A stretch of DNA of 64,000 nucleotides from Thalassobaculaceae bacterium (GTDB taxonomy: Bacteria; Pseudomonadota; Alphaproteobacteria; Thalassobaculales; Thalassobaculaceae): the NCBI GenBank assembly GCA_965228875.1, contig OZ245843.1, forward strand, positions 1,842,616-1,906,615. Direction: 5' to 3'. Each line of letters begins with the position of its first letter. The first letter of the stretch is position 1. This document shows positions 47,627-57,420 of this stretch, in pieces. Below the pieces are notes generated by a model, which saw nothing but the letters and a program-made list of their open reading frames with translations, was not told where the DNA came from and ran no database searches. The translations under genes and the position numbers were made by a program.

Positions 47627-49084
47627 CTATGCCCGGCCCTGGCGCAGCGCGCGGCCCGGCCGCTCACCCGTGGTTCGACCGTCGGCCCAGACGACGCGGC
47701 CGTTGACGATCACCGTGTCGATCCCGGCGGCCGGTCGCATCGGATCCTCGAAGGTGGCGCTGTCGATGATGTCTCGGGCGTCGAACACGCAGAGATCGGC
47801 CAGCTTGCCCTCGGTCAGCTCACCCCGGTCGGTCAACCCGAACTCGGCGGCCGAGAGGGAAGTCATCCGCCGCACCGCCTCCTCCAGCGGGAACAGCCCC
47901 AGGTCGCGCGAGTAATGTCCGAGAATGCGCGGGAAAGTGCCCCACAGGCGCGGATGGGGAAACTCGTCGTGGGGCAGACCGTCCGACCCGAACATGGCGT
48001 TGGGGTAGGAGAGGATGCGCTGGACGTCGTCCTCGTCCATCGAGAAATAGATTGCGCCCGCCGGCTGCAGGCGCTCGGCCGCCTCGTATACGTCCACGCC
48101 CCAATCGGCGGCGATGTCGGCGAGGTCGCGGCCCTTGTGCTCCGGGTGCGGCACGGACCAGGTCACCAGAACCCGGTTGGAGAAGGCGATGGAATCCGCC
48201 TTAAGCACCGTCGACGACGCCTGATAGGGATAGACGTCGAGGCCGATCTTCTGGCTGTGCCGGTAGCGCTCGAACAGGGCCAGCGTCTCCTTCGAGCGGC
48301 CGAAGTTCTGCTTGCCGTGCACCTTGTGGTGCGAGACCACGACCGGAACTCCCGCCTCGCGGCCGATCAGGAACGTCTCCTCCAGGCTCTTGATGACGTC
48401 GTCGCCCTCGTTGCGCATGTGGGTGACGTAGCGCCCGCCATGGGCCTTCAGCGCTTTTGCGACCTCGATGATCTCGTCGGTCGGCGCCTCGGCGGCCGGT
48501 GCGTAGAACAGCCCGGTCGACAGGCCGACCGCGCCCGCATCCAGAGACTGCTCCAGCTTGCCGCGCATGGCCTTGATCTCGTCCGCGCCGGCCGCCCGGT
48601 ACACGTCGTCCATGGTGCCGACCCGCAGGGTCGAATGGCCGACCAGGAAGGCCGCGTTGACGCTGGCGGGGGCCTCGTCGACAGCGGTCAGGAACGCGTC
48701 GAAGGTGGCGTAGCGCCACCACTCCTCGTCGCCCAGCAGGTCGAGCGGCGGCGGCGGGCGTCGGTCCATCACCAGCGGCGCCAGGGAGATGCCGCAATTC
48801 CCGACAACCACGCTGGTCACTCCCTGGCTGACCTTCATGTCCATGGTCGGTTTGGACAGGAGCGCCCGGTCGTCGTGGGTATGCACGTCGATGAAACCGG
48901 GAGCGACGATCCGGCCGGTGACGTCGATGTCGCGGCCCGCCCGGACCGCCGACAGGTCGCCGACGGCCGCGATCCGATCGTCGACGATCGCCACATCGGC
49001 GCGCATCCGGGCCGCCCCGGTGCCGTCGATCACCTCTCCACCGCTGAGCTTCAGGTCGCAGCGTTCCAGTCCGGCCATCGTCAT
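47627..49084 (-). CDS. N-acyl-D-amino-acid deacylase
   Basis: PGFIDVHTHDD, GNCG, THMRNE, SHHK, GSDG, HPRLWGTFPR; start MTMAGLERC. Confidence 0.93.
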   Translation of the reverse strand: MTMAGLERCDLKLSGGEVIDGTGAARMRADVAIVDDRIAAVGDLSAVRAGRDIDVTGRIVAPGFIDVHTHDDRALLSKPTMDMKVSQGVTSVVVGNCGISLAPLVMDRRPPPPLDLLGDEEWWRYATFDAFLTAVDEAPASVNAAFLVGHSTLRVGTMDDVYRAAGADEIKAMRGKLEQSLDAGAVGLSTGLFYAPAAEAPTDEIIEVAKALKAHGGRYVTHMRNEGDDVIKSLEETFLIGREAGVPVVVSHHKVHGKQNFGRSKETLALFERYRHSQKIGLDVYPYQASSTVLKADSIAFSNRVLVTWSVPHPEHKGRDLADIAADWGVDVYEAAERLQPAGAIYFSMDEDDVQRILSYPNAMFGSDGLPHDEFPHPRLWGTFPRILGHYSRDLGLFPLEEAVRRMTSLSAAEFGLTDRGELTEGKLADLCVFDARDIIDSATFEDPMRPAAGIDTVIVNGRVVWADGRTTGERPGRALRQGRA

Positions 49085-49216
49085 CTCCCTGTGTCGCGTG
49101 CCCTGATCGAAGGGCGCGGCACGAGCGGTGTCAAGGTGGCGAAATCGGCGCATTGACCCGCCGCCGGCCGACCCCACCTCTTCAATCGACCGCTTCCCCG
49201 AACCGAAAGGATCGCC

Positions 49217-50380
49217 ATGCGCGCCGCCCGACGCCTGCTTATCGCGCTTCCGCTGTTCGCCCTCTCCCTGGCGGCAGGCCTGCCGAACGAGGCCATGGCA
49301 GAGGAGACGGCGCGGGCCGAAGCCTGCTCCCTGACCTCGCAGGTGCGCGTCCCGGATCTCGACCACCCCTGGGGAGCGACCTTTCTGCCCGATGGAATGG
49401 CGGTCATCACCGAGCGCGGGGGCCGGATCTGGCTCGCGGACCCGCGCAACGGCCGCAAGACGGAGATCGCCGGCGCGCCGCGCGTCCGGGCCGCCGGCCA
49501 GGGCGGGCTCCTGGACGTGGTCGCCCATCCGGCCTTCGCGACCAACAACCGGCTGTACTTCTCTTATTCCGAACGCCGAGACGACGGCCTGACCGGCACC
49601 GCGATCGCCCATGCCACGCTGACGCGCGACGGCACTCCGCGCCTGGAGGGCCTGACACCGATCTTCTCGATGTCCCTGCCCACCGGTTCGACCCGCCATT
49701 TCGGTTCCAGGATCGTCTTCAAGGGCGATGGCACCCTGTGGTTCACCATCGGCGACCGGGGCGATCGGCCGAGGGCCCAGAACCCCAAGGACCATGCCGG
49801 CTCGGTCCTGCGGATCTCCGAAGATGGCGGCATTCCCGACGACAACCCCTTCGCCGACGGTCGGCTGGGCGCGCCGGAGGTCTGGTCGTTCGGACACCGC
49901 AACGCGCAGGGCGCCGCCCGCCACCCGGACACCGGCGACCTCTGGACCGTGGAGCATGGTGCGCGCGGCGGCGACGAGATCAACCGCCCGGCAGCGGGGA
50001 AGAACTACGGCTGGCCGACCATCGCCTATGGCCGGCACTACTTCGGCGGTCAGATCGGCATCGGGACCGCGGCGGAGGGGATGGAGCAACCGGCCTACTA
50101 CTGGGATCCGTCGATCGCCCCGTCCGGCCTCGCCTTCGTGCGCAGCCCGCTGTTCCCGGCCTGGGACGGAGACCTGCTGGTCGGCGCACTCAAGTACCGG
50201 ATGCTGGTCCGTCTCGACATCGACGGCGGTCGCGTCGTCGGCGAGGAGCGCCTGTTCGAGGACAGCTTCGGGCGCGTGCGCGACGTGCGCATCGGCCCCG
50301 ACGGCGCGATCTGGCTGCTCACCGACGAGAGCAGGGGCGCGCTCGTGCGGATCGCCCCGGCAAACGGCGTGTGCGGCTGA
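49217..50380 (+). CDS. PQQ-dependent sugar dehydrogenase (YliI/GSDH family)
   Basis: HPWG..FLPDG, GQGGLLDV, HFGSRI, GHRNAQG, EHG.RGGDEIN, RVRDV. Confidence 0.92.
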   Translation: MRAARRLLIALPLFALSLAAGLPNEAMAEETARAEACSLTSQVRVPDLDHPWGATFLPDGMAVITERGGRIWLADPRNGRKTEIAGAPRVRAAGQGGLLDVVAHPAFATNNRLYFSYSERRDDGLTGTAIAHATLTRDGTPRLEGLTPIFSMSLPTGSTRHFGSRIVFKGDGTLWFTIGDRGDRPRAQNPKDHAGSVLRISEDGGIPDDNPFADGRLGAPEVWSFGHRNAQGAARHPDTGDLWTVEHGARGGDEINRPAAGKNYGWPTIAYGRHYFGGQIGIGTAAEGMEQPAYYWDPSIAPSGLAFVRSPLFPAWDGDLLVGALKYRMLVRLDIDGGRVVGEERLFEDSFGRVRDVRIGPDGAIWLLTDESRGALVRIAPANGVCG

Positions 50381-50387
50381 CCCCTAC

Positions 50388-50486
50388 AAGAGCACGATCG
50401 CCTCAGATCGAAGCGCCCTCTGAGCCATTAACGCGAAGAGCAAGTTCACACGATCAGAAGGTTCCCTCTGATCGTGGCCTGCTTTA
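50388..50486 (-). repeat. Double-hairpin intergenic repeat, copy 3 (internal ~17-bp deletion)
   Basis: AAGAGCACGATCGCCTCAGATCGAAGCGCCCTCT...TTCACACGATCAGAAGGTTCCCTCTGATCGTGGCCTGCTTTA; terminal TTA is the stop of 50484..51509. Confidence 0.85.
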
Positions 50487-51509
50487 GCGACGGGCGGCGA
50501 TCGCCCCGGCCTGGTTGAGGAACGTCAGATCCGCCTCCTGGGCGATCTGAAGCGTTTCGCCGATGTGGCTGACGGCGATCATGTTGCCCGACTTGTGGGG
50601 GAAGAAGGTCAGCACCTCGTAGGCCGGGTTGCCGTTGCCGACATCGGTGCAGGACAGTTCCACATGCGGCAGCACCGTGTCGCCACCGGGAATGATCCGC
50701 AGATCCGCCTCCGCCGTCAGCGTTCCGGAACAGCTCGGCGCCTTGAGCTTCATCAGCTCCTGGCGCAGGTCCTCCTCACTGTGCTGACCCGACACCGACT
50801 GCACGAGGCCGAGCCCACGTTCGATCCGCCAGACCAGAGCGGCGTTCCAGCGCTTCATCGCCTGTTCGATATCGTTGGGGATGGCAAACCGGTCGCTCGG
50901 CAGATCGTGCAGGACGCGCCAGGCGAACGCCTGCGGCCGCAGCGTGAACAAATCCTCCCCCTGGACCTTGGCGACCCGGGCGCGCGCTTCCGCCGCCTTC
51001 TGGCTGTCCCGTGCGCCGGCCCTCACCTGCCGCACGCACTCCTCCATGGCGCCGAAGGCCTTGGCGGTTCCCTTGAGCGGGAAGGTCAGCGTGCCGAAGA
51101 ATCCGGTGATGGTCGCCACGTTGCCGGCCTTAAACGCCTTCACTAGTTCGGGGTGGTCCTGCAGCAGGGTTCCGAGGGTATCGCGGCTGACCACCTGGAA
51201 GGCACCCGCCACCTCCGGCCGGTCGTCGATCTTGATGGTGATCTGCGCCGCCTGGCCGGGCTCGAGGCTCCAGCCGCGGTTGATCAGATACACTTCGTAG
51301 CCGCCGTTCGCGGCGAGTCCGAACCCGAGGTCGGTCTCGCTCTCGTAGTCGCCGACGATCGCGCAGCGCTGGAACTGCCCGTCCTTGGAGACATAGGCGT
51401 CGCCCTGCCAGATCCCGCTCTTGAACGCGGCGGCGGCCGGATCGGCGACAACGACGATCAGCGCGGCGGCGACGGCGCATGCCGTCGCCAGGGTACGGAG
51501 TGCGGACAT
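50484..51509 (-). CDS. Hypothetical secreted protein
   Basis: Signal peptide ending AAA; paired Cys; host-like codon bias. Confidence 0.75.
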   Translation of the reverse strand: MSALRTLATACAVAAALIVVVADPAAAAFKSGIWQGDAYVSKDGQFQRCAIVGDYESETDLGFGLAANGGYEVYLINRGWSLEPGQAAQITIKIDDRPEVAGAFQVVSRDTLGTLLQDHPELVKAFKAGNVATITGFFGTLTFPLKGTAKAFGAMEECVRQVRAGARDSQKAAEARARVAKVQGEDLFTLRPQAFAWRVLHDLPSDRFAIPNDIEQAMKRWNAALVWRIERGLGLVQSVSGQHSEEDLRQELMKLKAPSCSGTLTAEADLRIIPGGDTVLPHVELSCTDVGNGNPAYEVLTFFPHKSGNMIAVSHIGETLQIAQEADLTFLNQAGAIAARR

Positions 51510-51632
51510 TCGGCGGCTCCCGGCCGGTGGCGATTTCCCTGCCCTAGCGCGACTGGGGGGTCGGGCTCAAGGACAGCCGTCAGGAAACCGCAAAATCGTG
51601 ACGGATGTTGGGCAGCGCCAAGACCGCCGGGG

Positions 51633-52433
51633 TCAGGCGAACTTGGCGGTGATGCCGCCATCGACCACCAGTTCCGTCGCGGTGACGTAGCGGGCGTCGT
51701 CCGAGGCGAGGAACAGGACGGCTCGGGCCACGTCCCAGGCATCGCCCATGCGGCCCATCGGGCACTGCTCGCCGCGCAGCCGGGCCATTTCCTGCTTGTC
51801 GCCGTCGGCATAGGCGTCCTGCAGCCCGGCGTAGATCATCGGTGTGTCCATCAGCCCCGGCAGAACGCAGTTCGACCGCACGCCCCGACGGGCGTACTGA
51901 AGCGCGATCGATCGGGAGAACGGGATCAGCGCGCCCTTGGTCGTGCTGTAGGTGATGTAGTCGACCCCGGTGTGGCGGATGCCGGCGATCGACGACGTGA
52001 ACACGACCGCTCCGCCCTCGCCCGCCTCCAGCGCCGGCAGCGCCGCGCGGGTGACGAGATACGCGCTCTTCAGGTTGATGTCGGTGACCCGGTCCCAGTC
52101 GTCCTCCTCGATTTCGAGAGGCCCGCCGACAACGGCGATCCCGACGTTGTGGTGAAGAATGTCGATCGCGCCGAACCGCGCGACCGCGCCGGCGACGGCC
52201 GCCTCGACCTCGGCGCGCTTCGAGACGTCGCAGGTAAGCGCGACCGCCTCGCCCCCCTCGCTCTCGATGATGGCGCGGGTCTCCTCCGCTGCGTCCGGGT
52301 TGATGTCCAGGCATGCGACCTTCGCACCCTCGCGGGCGAACAGGACCGAGCTCGCCTTGCCGTTGCCCCAGCCGGGGCCGATCGACCCGGCGCCCGTCAC
52401 CACCGCCACTTTGCCCGCGACCCGTCCTGTCAT
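51633..52433 (-). CDS. SDR-family oxidoreductase
   Basis: TGAGSIGPGWGNG, HNVG, YSTTK, PGLMDT; start MTGRVAGK. Confidence 0.92.
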   Translation of the reverse strand: MTGRVAGKVAVVTGAGSIGPGWGNGKASSVLFAREGAKVACLDINPDAAEETRAIIESEGGEAVALTCDVSKRAEVEAAVAGAVARFGAIDILHHNVGIAVVGGPLEIEEDDWDRVTDINLKSAYLVTRAALPALEAGEGGAVVFTSSIAGIRHTGVDYITYSTTKGALIPFSRSIALQYARRGVRSNCVLPGLMDTPMIYAGLQDAYADGDKQEMARLRGEQCPMGRMGDAWDVARAVLFLASDDARYVTATELVVDGGITAKFA

Positions 52434-52534
52434 ACCTTCCTCCCGGCCTCTGCGGCACATCGCCCGCCGTTCTGTCATCGGCGCGTCGTTATCGGCGGCC
52501 ATAGTGCAGCCCCCACATGGCCCTGGGAAGACAC

Positions 52535-53755
52535 ATGACCGACACGAATACACAGGACCCACAGCCGGAGCGGGCCTCCGCGGCGGAGGTGTTCGCGGCG
52601 TTCGCCAGGCTCGGCGTCACCGCGTTCGGCGGTCCGGTCGCCCATATCGGCTATTTCCGCACGGAATTCGTCGAGCGCCGCCGCTGGCTCGACGATGCCG
52701 CCTTCGCCGATCTTGTGGCGCTCTGCCAGTTCCTGCCGGGACCGGCGTCCAGCCAGCTCGGCCTCGCCCTCGGTGCCCGCCGCGCGGGACCGCTCGGTGC
52801 GCTCGCGGCCTGGAGTGCGTTCACCCTGCCCTCCGCCGTGCTGATGGTGCTCGCGGCCTACGGTGTCATCGCCTTCACCGAGGGCGCGGCGGCCGCCGCC
52901 GCGATCCAGGCGCTGAAGATCGTCGCCGTCGCCGTCGTCGCCCAGGCGGTCCGGCAGATGGCCGGTTCCCTCGCGCCCGACCCGGTCCGGGCCACAATCC
53001 TCGCCGCCGCGACGGCCCTCGCCCTCGCGCTGCCGGGCGTCGCCGGCCAGCTCGCGGCGATCGGCACCGGTGTCGTCGCCGGGCTGCTGTTCTGCCGGTC
53101 TCTCACCGGCGATGGCGGCCAGCCGAAGCCCCTGTCGCTTGCCGTTCCGCCGCATGTCGGCGCCGTCCTTCTGGCCCTGGCCGCACTACTGCTCGCCCTG
53201 CCTGTCCTGGTCCCGGTCCCGGAGATGCTGGCGATGGCCGAGGCCGCGTATCGGGCGGGAGCGCTGGTGTTCGGCGGCGGTCACGTCGTCCTGCCGCTGC
53301 TGGAGGCGGATACGGTCCAGACCGGCCTGGTGGAGCGCGACGCGTTCCTGGCCGGCTACGGCCTGGCGCAGGCGGTGCCGGGCCCGCTGTTCACCTTCGC
53401 CGCCTTCCTCGGCGCCCTGGCCGACACGCCGCTGAACGGGATCGTCGGCGCCGCCGTGGCCCTGGTCGCCGTGTTCCTTCCCGGGACGCTGCTGCTGTTC
53501 GGCGCGCTGCCGTTCTGGGACCGGCTGCGCGGCTGGCTGCCGGCGCGGGCCGCCTTCACAGGGGTGAACGCCGCCGTCGTCGGCCTGCTCGTCGCGGTCC
53601 TTTACGATCCGGTGGCGACCGCCGGAATCCGCGGCCCGCTCGATGTGGCGGCCGCGGTCTTCGCCTATGTTCTGCTGGTGGTCTGGAAGGCGCCGCCCTG
53701 GAGCGTCGTCATCGGATATGCGGCCGGCGGTGCGGTCCTCGGCGCCATGCTGTAG
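52535..53755 (+). CDS. chrA: Chromate efflux transporter (long-chain CHR)
   Basis: AFGGPVAH, QFLPGPASSQ, VFGGGHVVLP, QAVPGP. Confidence 0.92.
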   Translation: MTDTNTQDPQPERASAAEVFAAFARLGVTAFGGPVAHIGYFRTEFVERRRWLDDAAFADLVALCQFLPGPASSQLGLALGARRAGPLGALAAWSAFTLPSAVLMVLAAYGVIAFTEGAAAAAAIQALKIVAVAVVAQAVRQMAGSLAPDPVRATILAAATALALALPGVAGQLAAIGTGVVAGLLFCRSLTGDGGQPKPLSLAVPPHVGAVLLALAALLLALPVLVPVPEMLAMAEAAYRAGALVFGGGHVVLPLLEADTVQTGLVERDAFLAGYGLAQAVPGPLFTFAAFLGALADTPLNGIVGAAVALVAVFLPGTLLLFGALPFWDRLRGWLPARAAFTGVNAAVVGLLVAVLYDPVATAGIRGPLDVAAAVFAYVLLVVWKAPPWSVVIGYAAGGAVLGAML

Positions 53756-53778
53756 ACGCCCTGATTGGCCCGCTGGGC

Positions 53779-54240
53779 CTACTGAGCCTGCTGCGCGTCG
53801 ACGGCAGCAAGCGTATCGGACAACAGGGCGTGCAGGGTTCCTGTGATGTCGGATCCCGCCCGCTCTCTCAGCCGCAGCTCCGCCGCCCGCCAGTAGGGCC
53901 GGGCGTTCTCGAGCACCCGTCGCCCCTCGGGTGTCAGTTCGACAGAGCGGCTGCGCCGATCGGCGCCGGTCGCCAGCCTGACCCATCCCGCCGCGCGCAA
54001 CGGCGACAGGTTCCGGGTCAGTGTCGTGCGGTCCATGTCGAGTTTCTCGGCAAGGTCGGTAACCGACGGCCGATCGAGTCTGGCCACCTTGGCGAGCAGG
54101 GCGTACTGGGTCACCTTCAGGCCGGTCTCCCGCAGCGCGTCGTCGTAGTACTGGGTCAGCCGCCGCGCCGCGCCGCGCACCGCGGAGCAGGTGCAGGCCA
54201 AACCGGCGCCATCGGGCAGGTCCATCGGGGAAGGCGACAT
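53779..54240 (-). CDS. MarR-family regulator
   Basis: CTC...RGAARRLTQYYD, MDRTTLTRNL, DRRSR; start 54240 or 54246. Confidence 0.9.
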   Translation of the reverse strand: MSPSPMDLPDGAGLACTCSAVRGAARRLTQYYDDALRETGLKVTQYALLAKVARLDRPSVTDLAEKLDMDRTTLTRNLSPLRAAGWVRLATGADRRSRSVELTPEGRRVLENARPYWRAAELRLRERAGSDITGTLHALLSDTLAAVDAQQAQ

Positions 54241-54246
54241 TGACAT

Positions 54247-54280
54247 TTCCGTGCAGGTACACGAGTGTAGCTGCACGGAA
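54247..54280. promoter_or_regulatory. 34-bp near-perfect palindrome, probable MarR operator
   Basis: TTCCGTGCAG-G-TACAC-GA-GTGTA-G-CTGCACGGAA between divergent marR and MFS genes. Confidence 0.65.
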
Positions 54281-54327
54281 TGTATCACACCCCTCGATTC
54301 CGGCCAACCACCCTATCGGAGTCCGCC

Positions 54328-55557
54328 ATGTCGACCGCCTCCCTCCCCGCCGGCCCAGGTTGGCGCACGCCGCTGGTGGTGATCGTCGCCGGCTGCCTGA
54401 TCGCGATGATCGGGTTCGGCATCCGCTCGGTCTTCGGCCTCTTCCTGGAGCCGATGACCATCGACCGCGGCTGGGATCGGGAGACTTTCGGCCTCGCGCT
54501 CGCCATCCAGAACCTGCTCTGGGGCTTCGGCGTGCCGGTGGCCGGCATGATCGCCGACCGGTTCGGACCGTCCAGGGTGCTGGCCGTCGGCGCGGTGGTC
54601 TACATGATCGGCGTCTGGGGGATGGCCACGGTCGAGAGCGCCTTGGCGCTGCACGTGTTCGCCGGCGTTCTGACCGGGCTGGGCGTGGCGTTCACCGCCT
54701 TCTCGCTGGCCATGGCCGCCATGGCCAAGGTGGTCGGGCCGGAGCGCCGGTCCATGGCGCTCGGCCTCGGCACCGCCGCCGGCTCGTTCGGTCAGGTGGT
54801 GTTCTCACCGTTGGGCCAGGGCTTCATCGCCGCCTATGGCTGGGAAAGCGCACTGCTGGTCCTCTCGGTCACCGCACTGATCATTATTCCTCTGGCCTTC
54901 GTGCTGCCGTCCGACACCTCGGCCAAGGGCGAGGCGCCCAGCGACCAGACCCTGCGCCAGGCGCTGTCCGAAGCCGGCGCCCATCGCGGCTACGTGCTGC
55001 TGACCATCGGCTTCTTCGTCTGCGGCTTCCACGTTGCTTTCATCACCGTCCACTTCCCGGCCTATGTCGCGGATCTCGGACTCGACCCGTCGGTCGGCGC
55101 CTACGCCCTGGCCCTGGTCGGCCTGTTCAACATCGTCGGCTCGTTCGGCGCCGGCGTGGCGGGCCAGAAGTGGAGCAAGAAGTCCGGGCTGAGCACCATC
55201 TATTTCGCCCGCGCCCTGGTCATCCTGGCGCTGCTGCTGGCGCCGAAGACGGCGCTCACGATCTACCTCTTCGCCGGCGCCATGGGCATTCTGTGGCTGT
55301 CCACCGTGCCGCTGACCACCGGCATCGTCGCCCAGGTGTTCGGCGTGCGGTACATGGCCACCCTGTTCGGCATCGTGTTCCTGAGCCATCAGCTCGGCTC
55401 GTTCCTCGGGGTCTGGCTCGGTGGCTATCTATACGACACCACCGGATCCTATGACGGCGTCTGGTGGGCTGGCGTGGCGCTCGGTTTTGCCGCGGCGGTC
55501 ATCCATCTGCCGATCAACGAGAAGCCGCTGGCCAGGCTGGCACCCGCAGCGGGATAG
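54328..55557 (+). CDS. MFS transporter
   Basis: About 12 TM segments, GMIADRFG motif A, FFVCGFH, SHQLG. Confidence 0.92.
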   Translation: MSTASLPAGPGWRTPLVVIVAGCLIAMIGFGIRSVFGLFLEPMTIDRGWDRETFGLALAIQNLLWGFGVPVAGMIADRFGPSRVLAVGAVVYMIGVWGMATVESALALHVFAGVLTGLGVAFTAFSLAMAAMAKVVGPERRSMALGLGTAAGSFGQVVFSPLGQGFIAAYGWESALLVLSVTALIIIPLAFVLPSDTSAKGEAPSDQTLRQALSEAGAHRGYVLLTIGFFVCGFHVAFITVHFPAYVADLGLDPSVGAYALALVGLFNIVGSFGAGVAGQKWSKKSGLSTIYFARALVILALLLAPKTALTIYLFAGAMGILWLSTVPLTTGIVAQVFGVRYMATLFGIVFLSHQLGSFLGVWLGGYLYDTTGSYDGVWWAGVALGFAAAVIHLPINEKPLARLAPAAG

Positions 55558-55695
55558 GAACACGACCGTCCGGCCGGACTCCTTGGAGATCTGACAGGTA
55601 CCGTCTAAGGTACAATGGTATTCAGTCCAATCGGCTCAGCTCGGTCTGATGCCCTTAGATTGGCCCTTCCACCCGATCGGATCGATGGAGCGGCC

Positions 55696-56241
55696 TTGAA
55701 CGTCAGGTACCAGACGCATTCCGCGGGCTCGTTCGTCGGGACCGCACACAGTCCGACGGACGCGCCGCACCCTCGGCTGGCCGCCGCCTATGGCGCCTGG
55801 CTGAACGCCCCGAAGGTCGCAGGTCTCCCTCCGCGCCGGGAGATCGCTCTCGAGCAGGTTCCGGACGCCGTCGGTCAGATCGGGATCGTCGACGTGCTTC
55901 CAGACGACGGGTTTCGCTATCGCCTGTTCGGATCCGGACTGGTCGCCGCCATCGGCTACGACGCGACGGGCTGGACCACGGACCAACTCAGGCCGCCCGA
56001 ATATGCGAACGTGATCACCGCCCAGTACCGGCAGGTCGTCGAGGAGCGGCACCCCATTCTGCATGAGATCCGCACGAAGACGCCCAAAGAGAACGAGCGT
56101 CGGTACTTCCGCCTCACCGCGCCACTCACGTTGAGCGATGGCAGGGTCGACCAGCTCTGGCTGACGGTCGCCATGCTTGGCAGCTTCGGCAACGACGTGT
56201 TCGACCCGGACGACTCGCCCATCCTTCCGAGTTGGGACTAG
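55696..56241 (+). CDS. Stand-alone PAS-domain protein (PAS_5-like)
   Basis: LPPRREI, FRYRLFGS, GYDATG, YFRLTAPL; TTG start after GGAG (uncertain). Confidence 0.78.
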   Translation: MNVRYQTHSAGSFVGTAHSPTDAPHPRLAAAYGAWLNAPKVAGLPPRREIALEQVPDAVGQIGIVDVLPDDGFRYRLFGSGLVAAIGYDATGWTTDQLRPPEYANVITAQYRQVVEERHPILHEIRTKTPKENERRYFRLTAPLTLSDGRVDQLWLTVAMLGSFGNDVFDPDDSPILPSWD

Positions 56242-56353
56242 AGCAAATCACGATCAGATGGAAACATCGGCTCGTGTGAATTTGCGCTATCTTTAATGGG
56301 ATAGAGGGCGATTCACGGTTCAGATCGATTCGATCTGAACCGATCGCGCTCTA
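56239..56353 (+). repeat. ~115-bp double-hairpin intergenic repeat, copy 4
   Basis: TAGAGCAAATCACGATCAGATGGAAACATC...CGGTTCAGATCGATTCGATCTGAACCGATCGCGCTCTA; first TAG is the PAS gene stop. Confidence 0.92.
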
Positions 56354-56435
56354 CCCGGCGCGACCGTGTTGGGGCCGCCGCCACCGGGCAGAGGGGACTG
56401 GACAAATCCGCCTCCTGCGGTGATTACCACCGGCC

Positions 56436-57320
56436 ATGGCCCGCCTGATCAAACGCCTGCTGTTCCCGCTTGAAGCCGTCGGCGCGCTGGCCGCCTACGG
56501 GCTGATGCGGCTGCTGCCGATCGACGTGGCCTCGGCCCTCGGCGCGTCGGCCCTTGCCACGGTCGGGCCGATGCTGCGGCTGCACCGGATCGCCCGCACA
56601 AACCTGGAACGCGCCTTCCCGGAGAAGGATGCCGCCGAGATCGATCGCATCCTGGACGGCATGTGGCGCAATCTCGGACGCACCGCCGGAGAGTTCGCCC
56701 ATATCCGCACCCTGCTGCGTGAGATGAACAGCCGCGTCGAGATCGTCGGCGCCGAACACGCGCTGCGGGCGATGGACGGGGGCGGGCCGGCGATCTACGT
56801 GTCCGGTCACATCGCCAACTGGGAACTGATGCCGCTGGCGGCCGCCCATGTGGGCCTGGTGATCGACGCGGTCTACCGCGCGCCGGACAACCCGCTGATC
56901 GCCTCGCTCTACGACAAGCGCCGGCCGCATCCCGACGCCACCATGTTTCCCAAAGGCAGCGCCGGTGCGCGTGGCGTCATGGACGCGCTGAAGCGCGGCC
57001 GACCGCTCGGCCTGCTGATCGACCAGAAGATGAACGACGGGATCGAAGCCACGTTCTTCGGCCGCCGGGCGATGACGACCCCCGCCTTCGCCCAGCTCGC
57101 CCGGCGCTTCGACTGCCCGATCGTTGCGGTGCGGATCGAACGGCTGGAGGGTGTGCGCTTCCGGGTCACGGCCTTCGAGGGCGTGACGGTACCCCGGGAC
57201 GGCAAGCCGGCGGACGACGTCGCCACGACGGTGCAGCGGTTCAACGACCTGTTGGAAAGCTGGATCCGCGAGCGCCCGGAGCAATGGCTCTGGGTGCACA
57301 GAAGGTGGCCAAAACAGTAG
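56436..57320 (+). CDS. Lipid A biosynthesis acyltransferase (LpxL/HtrB family)
   Basis: GHIANWE, LIDQK, FFGR.A, PEQWLWVHRRW. Confidence 0.92.
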   Translation: MARLIKRLLFPLEAVGALAAYGLMRLLPIDVASALGASALATVGPMLRLHRIARTNLERAFPEKDAAEIDRILDGMWRNLGRTAGEFAHIRTLLREMNSRVEIVGAEHALRAMDGGGPAIYVSGHIANWELMPLAAAHVGLVIDAVYRAPDNPLIASLYDKRRPHPDATMFPKGSAGARGVMDALKRGRPLGLLIDQKMNDGIEATFFGRRAMTTPAFAQLARRFDCPIVAVRIERLEGVRFRVTAFEGVTVPRDGKPADDVATTVQRFNDLLESWIRERPEQWLWVHRRWPKQ

Positions 57321-57322
57321 AC

Positions 57323-57411
57323 CGTCATCCCGGTGGAGCGAAGCGACGACCGGGACCCAGTTGCCGAGGAATTCTGGGTCCCGGCCCTCCCTTTGGTCGG
57401 CCGGGATGACG
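57323..57411. repeat. CGTC-type REP-like palindromic element
   Basis: CGTCATCCCGG...CCGGGACCCAG-N-CTGGGTCCCGG...CCGGGATGACG between convergent genes. Confidence 0.8.
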
Positions 57412-57420
57412 CTCTTGTTC

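Noticed and set aside
47627..50089. 820-aa ORF suggesting an extended D-aminoacylase
   Set aside because: The N-terminal part is antisense to the PQQ dehydrogenase; the real start is 49084 or 49078.
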